From the IMG/VR virus record IMGVR_UViG_3300029859_000151: DNA of 64,000 nt; one strand, 5' to 3'. The stretch is from a virus. Lineage: Duplodnaviria > Heunggongvirae > Uroviricota > Caudoviricetes. Below, in pieces: positions 16,476-24,540 of this stretch. The number at the start of each line of letters is the position of its first letter. Positions within the stretch are counted from its first letter, which is position 1. The position numbers and the translations under genes are program-made. The notes beneath the pieces are model-generated. The model was not told the origin of the DNA. It saw only the letters and a list, made by a program, of their open reading frames with translations, and searched no databases.

Positions 16476-16640
16476 TTGACAATGCAATATCAAAATGATA
16501 TTGTATTATTAGCTACAAAAGTGGCAGTTAGTTGCACGAAGCAACCTTTTAAATCTCACGAAGAGACGTTGATCCCGAAAGGGAAAATTTTGACTCACGA
16601 AGAGTCGTTAAGTCGCGGGACATTTGTCTTGCGACTTTTT
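16476..16640 (+). ncRNA. candidate small structured RNA with three CACGAAG-loop hairpins and intrinsic terminator
   Basis: sigma70-like TTGACA-17-TATTGT at 16476-16504. Hairpins GTTGCACGAAGCAAC (16531-16545), TCTCACGAAGAGA (16554-16566) and GACTCACGAAGAGTC (16592-16606), plus TCCCGAAAGGGA. Terminator GTCGCGGGACATTTGTCTTGCGACTTTTT (16612-16640). No RBS for the overlapping 98-aa track ORF. Confidence 0.45.
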
Positions 16641-16682
16641 CAGTTTATAGGAACATGCAAAACAAAACTTATATTTTATTTT

Positions 16683-16694
16683 TCTGACATATTA
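16683..16694 (+). promoter_or_regulatory. phage promoter motif copy
   Basis: TTTCTGACATATTATTTTAAAG. Confidence 0.5.
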
Positions 16695-16746
16695 TTTTAA
16701 AGAATATTAATATATATATTATTTATGAAAACAGGAGGAAATTAAT

Positions 16747-17025
16747 ATGAATAATAGGCGACTGGTTAGTGAAACTTTATTGTCAGCTGTAGAAAATGTG
16801 CTAAAGAGAAGAGCAATTCCATACAAAATAGAAAAGGGGCCTGATGGCAAATTTTATTGTTTATCGGATTTGTCGGCGAATAATTTCCATAAGATTATTG
16901 TTCGGGCAAAGATGGAAAAAGAGACAGAAGAGCAAGGATTAACAATTCCTTATATTTCTAAGATGGAAATGGATGATTATGATGTCATCGAAGAATTAAA
17001 TGGCGTATTTGTCGTTCATGAGTAA
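16747..17025 (+). CDS. hypothetical protein (92 aa)
   Basis: RBS AACAGGAGGAAATTAAT-ATG. Confidence 0.5.
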   Translation: MNNRRLVSETLLSAVENVLKRRAIPYKIEKGPDGKFYCLSDLSANNFHKIIVRAKMEKETEEQGLTIPYISKMEMDDYDVIEELNGVFVVHE

Positions 17026-17072
17026 AAGCAATGAGCAATGAGCAACGAAAAATGAAAATGAATCGATTTCAC

Positions 17073-17103
17073 TAGACAGTCTTTAATGACTGTCTTTTTT
17101 TAT
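17073..17103 (+). terminator. rho-independent terminator
   Basis: TAGACAGTC-TTTAAT-GACTGTCTTTTTTTAT. Confidence 0.7.
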
Positions 17104-17128
17104 ACCCACGATGGGAAGGAGAATAATT

Positions 17129-17620
17129 ATGATTGAAGAAAACAAAAACTTTTGGGAAAATTGTGGACATACATATGAGGAGCATGTTGATGTCGATAAT
17201 CAGGATTTGAAAAACCGTGTTATGTTTGGGACATATGAAAGCGGAAGATTTGATGGACAAGGTAAATCAATTTGTTCGCGTTTTTCATCAGAAAAAATTG
17301 CTAAAATGGCTATCGAAAGAACACTTGAAATAAGATGCTCTGAAATTGAAGAGTGGATGAAATTGGGCTATCAGGAAGAAATTGTTGTAACAGTGAATTT
17401 TAGTAAAGCTATTGGAGTAGGATATGTGAAAGGCACGAACTTACGAAAAGATCCTTATTTGATGTATTCTATTTGCATGGTGTTACGTGCAGATGCTCAT
17501 TTCCGTTCATATTCTATAGTAACAGCTTACCCAATACCGAATAGAAATGTTGGAAAGCAAATTGCTAAAGACAAAAAAGACTTTTATGAAGAGAGAAGAG
17601 CCAGAAGAACTCAGAGATAG
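17129..17620 (+). CDS. hypothetical protein (163 aa)
   Basis: ATG after GGGAAGGAGAATAATT. Confidence 0.5.
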   Translation: MIEENKNFWENCGHTYEEHVDVDNQDLKNRVMFGTYESGRFDGQGKSICSRFSSEKIAKMAIERTLEIRCSEIEEWMKLGYQEEIVVTVNFSKAIGVGYVKGTNLRKDPYLMYSICMVLRADAHFRSYSIVTAYPIPNRNVGKQIAKDKKDFYEERRARRTQR

Positions 17621-17698
17621 TGATTATTTTTGATTTCACAAACATTTAAAAAGTCATGTTCCTTTTACAGGAATATGGCTTTTTGTATTTTCTATATT

Positions 17699-17710
17699 TC
17701 TGACATATTA
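17699..17710 (+). promoter_or_regulatory. phage promoter motif copy
   Basis: TTTCTGACATATTAGTTATGAAATG. Confidence 0.55.
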
Positions 17711-17754
17711 GTTATGAAATGAATATTAAGAAAGAAGGAGACGATAGAGACAAT

Positions 17755-18267
17755 ATGAATGAATATTTGGAACAGGCAAAAAATTTTTTGAATAAGGCAA
17801 ATGCAAAATGTGAAATTGTGTATGGCGGTATTTCGCGGAATGAAAATTGGGAAGAAAAAGAAAAAAGAAAATGGTACGATGTGACAATTACAACGCCAAG
17901 AGGTAAAATGGCATTCACATTTTGGGATAGTATTTACGACACAGAAATTTCTATAATGACATTCGAAAAATATGTAACAAAGAAGCTCGGGTACAATAGA
18001 GTTGAGAACATGTTATATAGCGAAAAGGTAAAGGCTAAAAATGATTTAGCCAGATTAAAGGCAGCGGCTGTACCAGATGAATATGATGTGCTTGCTTGTT
18101 TAGTGAAATATGATGTAGGAACTTTTGAGGATTTTTGTTCAGAGTTCGGGTACGATGAAGATAGCAGATCGGCAGAAAAAATTTACATTGCAGTTATTAA
18201 GGAATACAAAAATTTAACAAGAATTTTTACAGAGGAACAGATGGAAGAATTAAGAGAAATTCAGTAG
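17755..18267 (+). CDS. hypothetical protein (170 aa)
   Basis: ATG after AAGAAAGAAGGAGACG; the track start at 17719 lies inside the promoter motif. Confidence 0.5.
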   Translation: MNEYLEQAKNFLNKANAKCEIVYGGISRNENWEEKEKRKWYDVTITTPRGKMAFTFWDSIYDTEISIMTFEKYVTKKLGYNRVENMLYSEKVKAKNDLARLKAAAVPDEYDVLACLVKYDVGTFEDFCSEFGYDEDSRSAEKIYIAVIKEYKNLTRIFTEEQMEELREIQ

Positions 18268-18278
18268 GAGGAATAATC

Positions 18279-18920
18279 ATGAGTTATCTATTTTTATTTC
18301 GAGAAAAGGATTCTGATGACAGGGATTGTTGTGCATATATTGATTCAAGAAATCCTAGATTTGAGTGCAATCATTATTTTGGAAGCATTAGTTTAAATGG
18401 AGCTTGTTATTGTGGACATGAATTTCCTCCATATGAAAATGTGGAAACGGTATTAACTGAAGCAGAATACAATGAATTGATTCAGTTCAGTAAAGCGATC
18501 TGTGATTTAGGCTCTGGTATCACAAAAGGAGATGAACGTTACAATAAAGGTATTGCTTTAACAAAAGTAGTACAGCATATTTATGATAAACTTGAATCTG
18601 AAGAAGCAAAAGAATTTCAGAAAAAAATCATTGAAAGCGAAATCGAATATATGAAAGACGAATATTCATTGGATGATGCAGATATTGAGAAGATATTTGA
18701 TGAATATTATCTGGATTACAGAGACAGAGGAATTATTGGCAATGTGTTCAAAGACGTTTCAGAGTTAGGATATGAGGAAGCATGGAGTCTTGGATATATC
18801 GAGAAAGGTTCTGTTGCAGAAAGATATTTTGATTATGAAAAGTTTGGAGAGGATTTAGTCAATGAGAATGAAAGTTATCTTGAACTTGATGATGGGCGAG
18901 TTGTATACCTGAATTATTAG
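18279..18920 (+). CDS. hypothetical protein (213 aa), Cys/His-rich N-terminus
   Basis: RBS GTAGGAGGAATAATC-ATG; CCAY..C..H..CYCGHEF. Confidence 0.5.
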   Translation: MSYLFLFREKDSDDRDCCAYIDSRNPRFECNHYFGSISLNGACYCGHEFPPYENVETVLTEAEYNELIQFSKAICDLGSGITKGDERYNKGIALTKVVQHIYDKLESEEAKEFQKKIIESEIEYMKDEYSLDDADIEKIFDEYYLDYRDRGIIGNVFKDVSELGYEEAWSLGYIEKGSVAERYFDYEKFGEDLVNENESYLELDDGRVVYLNY

Positions 18921-18934
18921 AAGCGGGGAATGGT

Positions 18935-19147
18935 ATGGATAATATGAAGATAATTGAAGTAAATAATCAGCGTAAAATTATATTAAAAAACAAACCAGAA
19001 AGTGTGGAGGTCACTGCTTATAACAGTGATAGTCACATTGACTATATTTACGATATTTCAGATGGAGATATTGTGATGCTACTAAATTATTATAGAAATT
19101 GCAAGACAGGCGTAGAAAGTTCTGATTATATATCAAAACAGAATTAA
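18935..19147 (+). CDS. hypothetical protein (70 aa)
   Basis: ORF with GGGGAATGGT RBS-like sequence. Confidence 0.4.
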   Translation: MDNMKIIEVNNQRKIILKNKPESVEVTAYNSDSHIDYIYDISDGDIVMLLNYYRNCKTGVESSDYISKQN

Positions 19148-19232
19148 AACTTAAAATAAAATGTTTGCAGAATATAGTAGTTGTTATATGAATAAACCAC
19201 AATATATAACATAAGAAAAGGAGATCGAAATT

Positions 19233-19718
19233 ATGAAGCGTAACGAACAAAAGATTACAAAAGAAGTGACAGAAACTATTGTAACATTTATTGCAAGTGA
19301 TGGAGAAGTGTTCGAAAATGAGGAAGATTGCGCCACATATGAAAAATCTTATGTATGCACTATCAAGACATGTTTTAAGAAAATTCCACACTTAGAGAAA
19401 GCCGCATCGTTATTGTATATGCAGTATGGAAATGAGGAAGATAAAGCGTATATGTTAATTCCAAGAAATATTGAAGATGTATATGCTGTAAACAGAATTC
19501 TTGATTATTGTGATGGACTTTATGGTTCAGCTTATCTGACGCCGCCAAGACTTACTCAGGACGATATTGACAAAACTATTCTTATTAATTTTGGCAATGA
19601 AGGAACGGAAGGCGGATGGTATATGATGCTAAGAAAAGATGAATACCTTAAGCAAATTTCAGATGAACTTAATAAGTACGAAACTGAAATTAAGAATGAA
19701 ATTGTAACCCAGAAGTAA
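19233..19718 (+). CDS. hypothetical protein (161 aa)
   Basis: RBS AAAAGGAGATCGAAATT-ATG. Confidence 0.5.
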   Translation: MKRNEQKITKEVTETIVTFIASDGEVFENEEDCATYEKSYVCTIKTCFKKIPHLEKAASLLYMQYGNEEDKAYMLIPRNIEDVYAVNRILDYCDGLYGSAYLTPPRLTQDDIDKTILINFGNEGTEGGWYMMLRKDEYLKQISDELNKYETEIKNEIVTQK

Positions 19719-19852
19719 AAATATAGAAAATAATAGGGCAGATACAGTAATGTGTCTGTTCTAATTGTTAGGAAGGACTGATTGTTCAACAGCCAAAAAC
19801 ATAGATCCCATGAACGTTAGCTCTGGAGAATGTCAAAAGGAGAACATAATAG

Positions 19853-20197
19853 ATGACAGAATTAAATACATTTGATTGGAGTGGATTTCAACCAAAAGAT
19901 TTACGAACACTAAATAAAGAAAAGGACCCGGACATATATGGAGCGATTTATATTACTTACAAAAATCAAAAATTTATCGCAGATGTGCAGTGGGAAACAA
20001 AAAAAGCGTATGATCGAAATGGAATTTCAATTAATTTATATTGTTCAAACGATGAAGGATACCATTGCGATTGGATAGAAGATATTCACTCAATCGTAAC
20101 TGCAACAAATTATGAAAGATTCAAAAATCGAGCAGAAAAAGAGATCTTAAGTATTTTAAAAGATTTTTGCGATAGCGACGCAAGGTTATCCAACTAA
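19853..20197 (+). CDS. hypothetical protein (114 aa)
   Basis: RBS AAAAGGAGAACATAATAG-ATG. Confidence 0.5.
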   Translation: MTELNTFDWSGFQPKDLRTLNKEKDPDIYGAIYITYKNQKFIADVQWETKKAYDRNGISINLYCSNDEGYHCDWIEDIHSIVTATNYERFKNRAEKEILSILKDFCDSDARLSN

Positions 20198-20269
20198 TAA
20201 GCAATGGATAAGAAGTCTTTGGCTAATATTAAAAAATGTCAGAGGCTTCTTTTTTGTATTTTCTACATT

Positions 20270-20281
20270 TCTGACATATTA
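20270..20281 (+). promoter_or_regulatory. phage promoter motif copy
   Basis: TTTCTGACATATTAAAATTAAAT. Confidence 0.55.
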
Positions 20282-20323
20282 AAATTAAATATTAGATGCT
20301 AAGAAAACAGGAGGAAAATAGAA

Positions 20324-20755
20324 GTGGAAGTGAAAGAATATAAATTATACAAAACTGCAAAGAAAACTGCTGCCGAAAATCATTTAATTATTGCCAATAA
20401 TCCTTATTTAAAAAATTTACGATTATTATTTGATTTTTCGTTATTAGATGAAATTTCATCAATTTCCGGTACTGAAAAAGATTATATCAAAAGAGAAGCA
20501 TTAAAACATGTTTCTCCTGCGAATCGAGAGCAGTTTTATGGAGTATTCGAAGAAAACACGGGGTTTAATGGAGAGGCGTTATATTACAAACATAGAGTTT
20601 ACTCTGATAATGGATGTAAGTATCTTTATGATATTATACAGCTCGCTAAAATACATCATATAAGCTATGAAAAAGATGGTTTTCAAAATCATATAGTTTC
20701 CCAATGCGATACACTTTGCGGATACGCAGAACCAATTAGTGATATCGAAATTTGA
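20324..20755 (+). CDS. hypothetical protein (143 aa), GTG start
   Basis: AAACAGGAGGAAAATAGAA-GTG. Confidence 0.45.
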   Translation: MEVKEYKLYKTAKKTAAENHLIIANNPYLKNLRLLFDFSLLDEISSISGTEKDYIKREALKHVSPANREQFYGVFEENTGFNGEALYYKHRVYSDNGCKYLYDIIQLAKIHHISYEKDGFQNHIVSQCDTLCGYAEPISDIEI

Positions 20756-20843
20756 AAAAATATATTGAAAAATGTTTATAATTTAGCCGGCAAAACCTCG
20801 AACCTTTAGGTCCAAGGAGCGTCAAAAGAAAGGAAAGAGAAGT

Positions 20844-21470
20844 ATGGTAGAAATTAGAATTAACAATACTGGAGATGGGTTGGGTTGGTTATATAATAAC
20901 AATCAAGATTGGAAAGACTATTGCGGTTGTGAAAATTTCGATGAACAGGTTGTTCTTACAGGTAATAGAGATTTTACAGGCTGTACTGAAGCAGAATGGT
21001 ATCAGAAAGCAAAAGAGGTTTTAGACAATATTGATTGTTATGACGAATACCCAACGGATGTATCTGATGAAGTGAATACAAAATTAAAGGAAATGTACGA
21101 TAAATGCAGATGCACAGCAGATATCCTCGTTGATGTAATCAGACTTCTTTATCCCCAAAATACCTTTAAAACTGGAACAATCAGAGGATATTGTCAGGGA
21201 GATTGGCAAGATTATATTGTTAAGGGAGATGATGTGGATACAGATTTACTTGAAGCAATGTATTTTGGGAAAGTTTCTGATATTACCGTTACAATGGACG
21301 AAGAAGAATTTGGAGATGTAATCACTCATGATGAATTATGGAAAGCAGAAAGAGAAGAGGGGTTAAAAGAATTCTTTAGAAAAAGATATGGAATTGATGA
21401 AAATAACGAAATTCATATTTGGCAGGCTGAGGGCTATGTAAAAATACTCGATTGGAAAGAGGTTGCGTAA
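20844..21470 (+). CDS. hypothetical protein (208 aa)
   Basis: RBS GAAAGGAAAGAGAAGT-ATG; upstream leader 20766-20822 shares TATAATTTAGC(C/T)GGCAAA with the 7680 element. Confidence 0.5.
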   Translation: MVEIRINNTGDGLGWLYNNNQDWKDYCGCENFDEQVVLTGNRDFTGCTEAEWYQKAKEVLDNIDCYDEYPTDVSDEVNTKLKEMYDKCRCTADILVDVIRLLYPQNTFKTGTIRGYCQGDWQDYIVKGDDVDTDLLEAMYFGKVSDITVTMDEEEFGDVITHDELWKAEREEGLKEFFRKRYGIDENNEIHIWQAEGYVKILDWKEVA

Positions 21471-21508
21471 ATCGGGTAAAAGATAAAGAAATAAAAAATG
21501 CAAAAATG

Positions 21509-21550
21509 GAGAAGTTCCTTATTAATAGGAATTTCTCTATTTTTTATTTG
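21509..21550 (+). terminator. rho-independent terminator
   Basis: GAGAAGTTCCT-TATTAAT-AGGAATTTCTCTATTTTTTATTTG. Confidence 0.6.
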
Positions 21551-21570
21551 ATCTTTTTATATTTTCAAGA

Positions 21571-21582
21571 TCTGACATATTA
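21571..21582 (+). promoter_or_regulatory. phage promoter motif copy
   Basis: CAAGATCTGACATATTAAAAAAGAG. Confidence 0.55.
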
Positions 21583-21624
21583 AAAAAGAGAATAAAATTA
21601 TTGAAAAATGGAGGATACACATAT

Positions 21625-24453
21625 ATGAATACGAATGATTTGAAATGTAATTGCAGCTTAAGAAAAAGTAGAAATATTCAAACAGATTCGGAAACGGGAA
21701 TGGAATATGCTAAATCTGTTGCTGTCAAAAAGGTGTTACGAGAAGCATTAGAAAACAGTTATACCAAAAAAGATATTATGGATAGATTGGAGGAAGAATT
21801 TAAATATGTAGATTTCCCTACCGAAAAAACAGGTGATATTATCTCAAAAGACATGGCAGCTTGTTTATGGAGATATATCGTCGAAGAAAGAGCTTTAGGC
21901 CGTACAATTAAATTTGTTGAACCTATAAAGTTAAATATCTTTGATACAGAAATTACTGTTAGACCAGATTTTATTGTGTGCGGAGCAAATTCCTTTGAAG
22001 TTGTAAAAATCAGAGCATCTAAGAATTATATGACTAAAACTGAGGAAATGGAAGACAAGGAATTATACGCATTGTTGCAGTATGGAAAAGCTTTGATTCC
22101 AGTAAATACCGTAGGGACTGTAACGGCATCGTATTATTTTTTACGAAAGAAAACAGATTCTGTAAAAGACAATATTTTTGATCCAGGATTTTTTGATGAT
22201 GATTCTGTAAAAAATGGACACACGATTATCTCTTATGCAGATTATATTGTGGATAAAACTTACAATCCGGAAGGAGAGAAGAATCCACTGGATTATAAAT
22301 TTGAGAAAATTTACAATGATTTTTTTGTTGGCATTTCAGAAGAAGACGTTGATACAGAAGAATGTGAGAAATGCGATTTTAAGAATATTTGTGGTTATAA
22401 AAATGCTCCACAGTATATTGTGAAAGAACATAAAGTGAAATCTATTAGTGATTTATCTCTTACAAGTATGCAGGAAAAAGCCATTTCAGCTAAAGCAGGA
22501 TTATATAGAATTAACGCCGGTGCAGGAGCAGGAAAGACATTGGTTGTCGCTCTTCGAGTAGTTAATCTTTTGTTAAGTGGAGTTAACCCAAAAGAAATTT
22601 GTCTGTTGACATTTACAAATGCCGGGGCAAGTGAAATGAGTGAAAGAATTCAGCTCTATAATGCTGATTTTGGAACAGGAATGGATACTTCTAAAATTGT
22701 TTCATGCACCTTTAATAGCTTTGCGAATATGGTAATCAAAAAGCATTGGAAAGATCTCGGTTTTACAGAAAAACCATTGCTAATTGATGATGTAGAAAGG
22801 CTGAGTATTATCGATGATATTCTGGGAAAAACATATATTCCTGGTCTTGATTATAGAAACTATGATGAGGATCGCGTAAGTTTGAAAGGAGCGTTAGCTG
22901 TTACAGCAAAAGCGTTTTCTATTATTAAAACATATCAGTTAAATAGAGGGGATGAAGATATCTTACAGGAAAAAATGAGAGATATTTCTCGCTTTATTTC
23001 TGATCCAATTGCATATACCCAGCTGTTAGAAGCATATGACGATTATGATCAAATTTTGTTGAACAACAATTTGATTGAATATGCAGATCAAGAAATTTTG
23101 ATGTTTAAAATGCTTGAGCTAGATCCATATTATTTTGAAAAAATGGGGTTTAAGCATATTATCGTTGATGAATTCCAGGATAGTAATGAACAGCAAATTC
23201 GATTAATTAAAGAATTGAGGAGCTGTCCAAGCTATGAATCTTTAATGGTTGTAGGAGATGACTCTCAGTCGATTTTCTCATTTCGGGATACAACGCCAGA
23301 ATACATTGTTCATTTCTTTGAGCTTATGGGCGAAGACGGAGAAGATTTCTTCCTTTTGGAAAATCATAGGTCAACGCCAGAGATAATTGATTTAGCAAAT
23401 AAAATCAATGCCTTAAACAAAGAAAAAGTGGACAAAAATTTAATTGCCACTAGAGACCATGGCAAAAAACCGGTTGCAAAAGGATATTTCTCTAAAGAGG
23501 ATGAATTAGAAGAAGTCTCCAACAAAATCAAACAGAAAATCATTGGAGAGGGGGCAAAGGCAGAAGATATTGCATATATCGCATCCGACAAATTTCAGTT
23601 ACTGGAAATGGGAGATATCTTGACTGAAAAGGGAATCCCGTGGGTTATGTTAAATCCGGAACCTGTATTAGAGGATGCTAAAGTTGTGGCAACAATCGCT
23701 TTAGCCAAGGCAATTGAAAATTATGATAACACAGAAGCTATTTTAACTTATCTGAATGTTTTATATAGCAATAAGCTTTTGGTAAAAACAGATGAGGAAA
23801 TCAATACTTTGATTGTTGGGATGCAGGAGCAGATTAAAAAATTCTTGATGTTGACAGACAGAGACAAACAGCTTGGATTTTTTGAAATGACAGATCTCTT
23901 AAATGATGACGAGGATGAACTGTTTGAAAATTTTATAGAAAAGTTAAAACATAAAAAGACTTTTGAACAGGTCGCAGAGTATCTTCGTAAATTCGAACGA
24001 TTTGGGAAAAATGTGACATACAAAAGAACAAAAGATTATCCAGGAGTCGTTTTAACAACAGCTCATTCATCCAAAGGATTGGAATGGCCAATAGTTTTTG
24101 CGGAAATCACTAAGTTCCATAAAAAATCTTTCGGAGGAAATGGAGCGTCAGGAAAAACAAGAGATCAGGCAATTGAAGAAATGAGAAGACTTCTTTTCGT
24201 TACCATCACAAGAGCAAGAGATGAATTATATGTAGTTGGACAATATAAAGCTTTCGGCTCGAAAAAAGACAGGGTTTACAATATGTTTCTTAAAGAAGTG
24301 TATGATGCCCTTGATTTAGCCTATGGTCCTATTGATCCGATGGAAGAAGAAAGAGAAAGAGCGGCAAAAGAGAGAATCAATGCTCGATCAAGAGAACGAA
24401 GAGCAAAGAAAAAAGCAGAACTTATAGGATTAGCAAATGCAAAAGCTGTGTAA
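21625..24453 (+). CDS. UvrD/PcrA-like SF1 DNA helicase with about 290-aa N-terminal Cys-cluster nuclease-like domain
   Basis: helicase motif I GAGAGKTLVVALRV, Ia LLTFTNAGASEMSERI, II IVDEFQDSNEQQ, VI TTAHSSKGLEWPIVF. N-terminal part has LKCNCS plus CEKCDFKNIC (4 Cys, Cas4/AddB-like Fe-S arrangement) and FEVVKIRASK (E-x-K). Confidence 0.8.
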   Translation: MNTNDLKCNCSLRKSRNIQTDSETGMEYAKSVAVKKVLREALENSYTKKDIMDRLEEEFKYVDFPTEKTGDIISKDMAACLWRYIVEERALGRTIKFVEPIKLNIFDTEITVRPDFIVCGANSFEVVKIRASKNYMTKTEEMEDKELYALLQYGKALIPVNTVGTVTASYYFLRKKTDSVKDNIFDPGFFDDDSVKNGHTIISYADYIVDKTYNPEGEKNPLDYKFEKIYNDFFVGISEEDVDTEECEKCDFKNICGYKNAPQYIVKEHKVKSISDLSLTSMQEKAISAKAGLYRINAGAGAGKTLVVALRVVNLLLSGVNPKEICLLTFTNAGASEMSERIQLYNADFGTGMDTSKIVSCTFNSFANMVIKKHWKDLGFTEKPLLIDDVERLSIIDDILGKTYIPGLDYRNYDEDRVSLKGALAVTAKAFSIIKTYQLNRGDEDILQEKMRDISRFISDPIAYTQLLEAYDDYDQILLNNNLIEYADQEILMFKMLELDPYYFEKMGFKHIIVDEFQDSNEQQIRLIKELRSCPSYESLMVVGDDSQSIFSFRDTTPEYIVHFFELMGEDGEDFFLLENHRSTPEIIDLANKINALNKEKVDKNLIATRDHGKKPVAKGYFSKEDELEEVSNKIKQKIIGEGAKAEDIAYIASDKFQLLEMGDILTEKGIPWVMLNPEPVLEDAKVVATIALAKAIENYDNTEAILTYLNVLYSNKLLVKTDEEINTLIVGMQEQIKKFLMLTDRDKQLGFFEMTDLLNDDEDELFENFIEKLKHKKTFEQVAEYLRKFERFGKNVTYKRTKDYPGVVLTTAHSSKGLEWPIVFAEITKFHKKSFGGNGASGKTRDQAIEEMRRLLFVTITRARDELYVVGQYKAFGSKKDRVYNMFLKEVYDALDLAYGPIDPMEEERERAAKERINARSRERRAKKKAELIGLANAKAV

Positions 24454-24460
24454 AATTATA

Positions 24461-24490
24461 AGAGGCGTGAGAAATCACGCCTTTTTCATG
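24461..24490 (+). terminator. rho-independent terminator
   Basis: GGCGTGA-GAAA-TCACGCCTTTTTCATGCC. Confidence 0.65.
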
Positions 24491-24496
24491 CCTTTT

Positions 24497-24508
24497 TCTG
24501 ACATATTA
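24497..24508 (+). promoter_or_regulatory. phage promoter motif copy
   Basis: TTTTCTGACATATTAAAAGAAAAATT. Confidence 0.55.
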
Positions 24509-24540
24509 AAAGAAAAATTAAAAGAAAAAGGAGATTTTCA

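Noticed and set aside
16404-16700. 98-aa + strand ORF
   Set aside because: It has no RBS, starts inside a degenerate promoter copy, and spans three CACGAAG hairpins plus a terminator; better explained as non-coding RNA/UTR.
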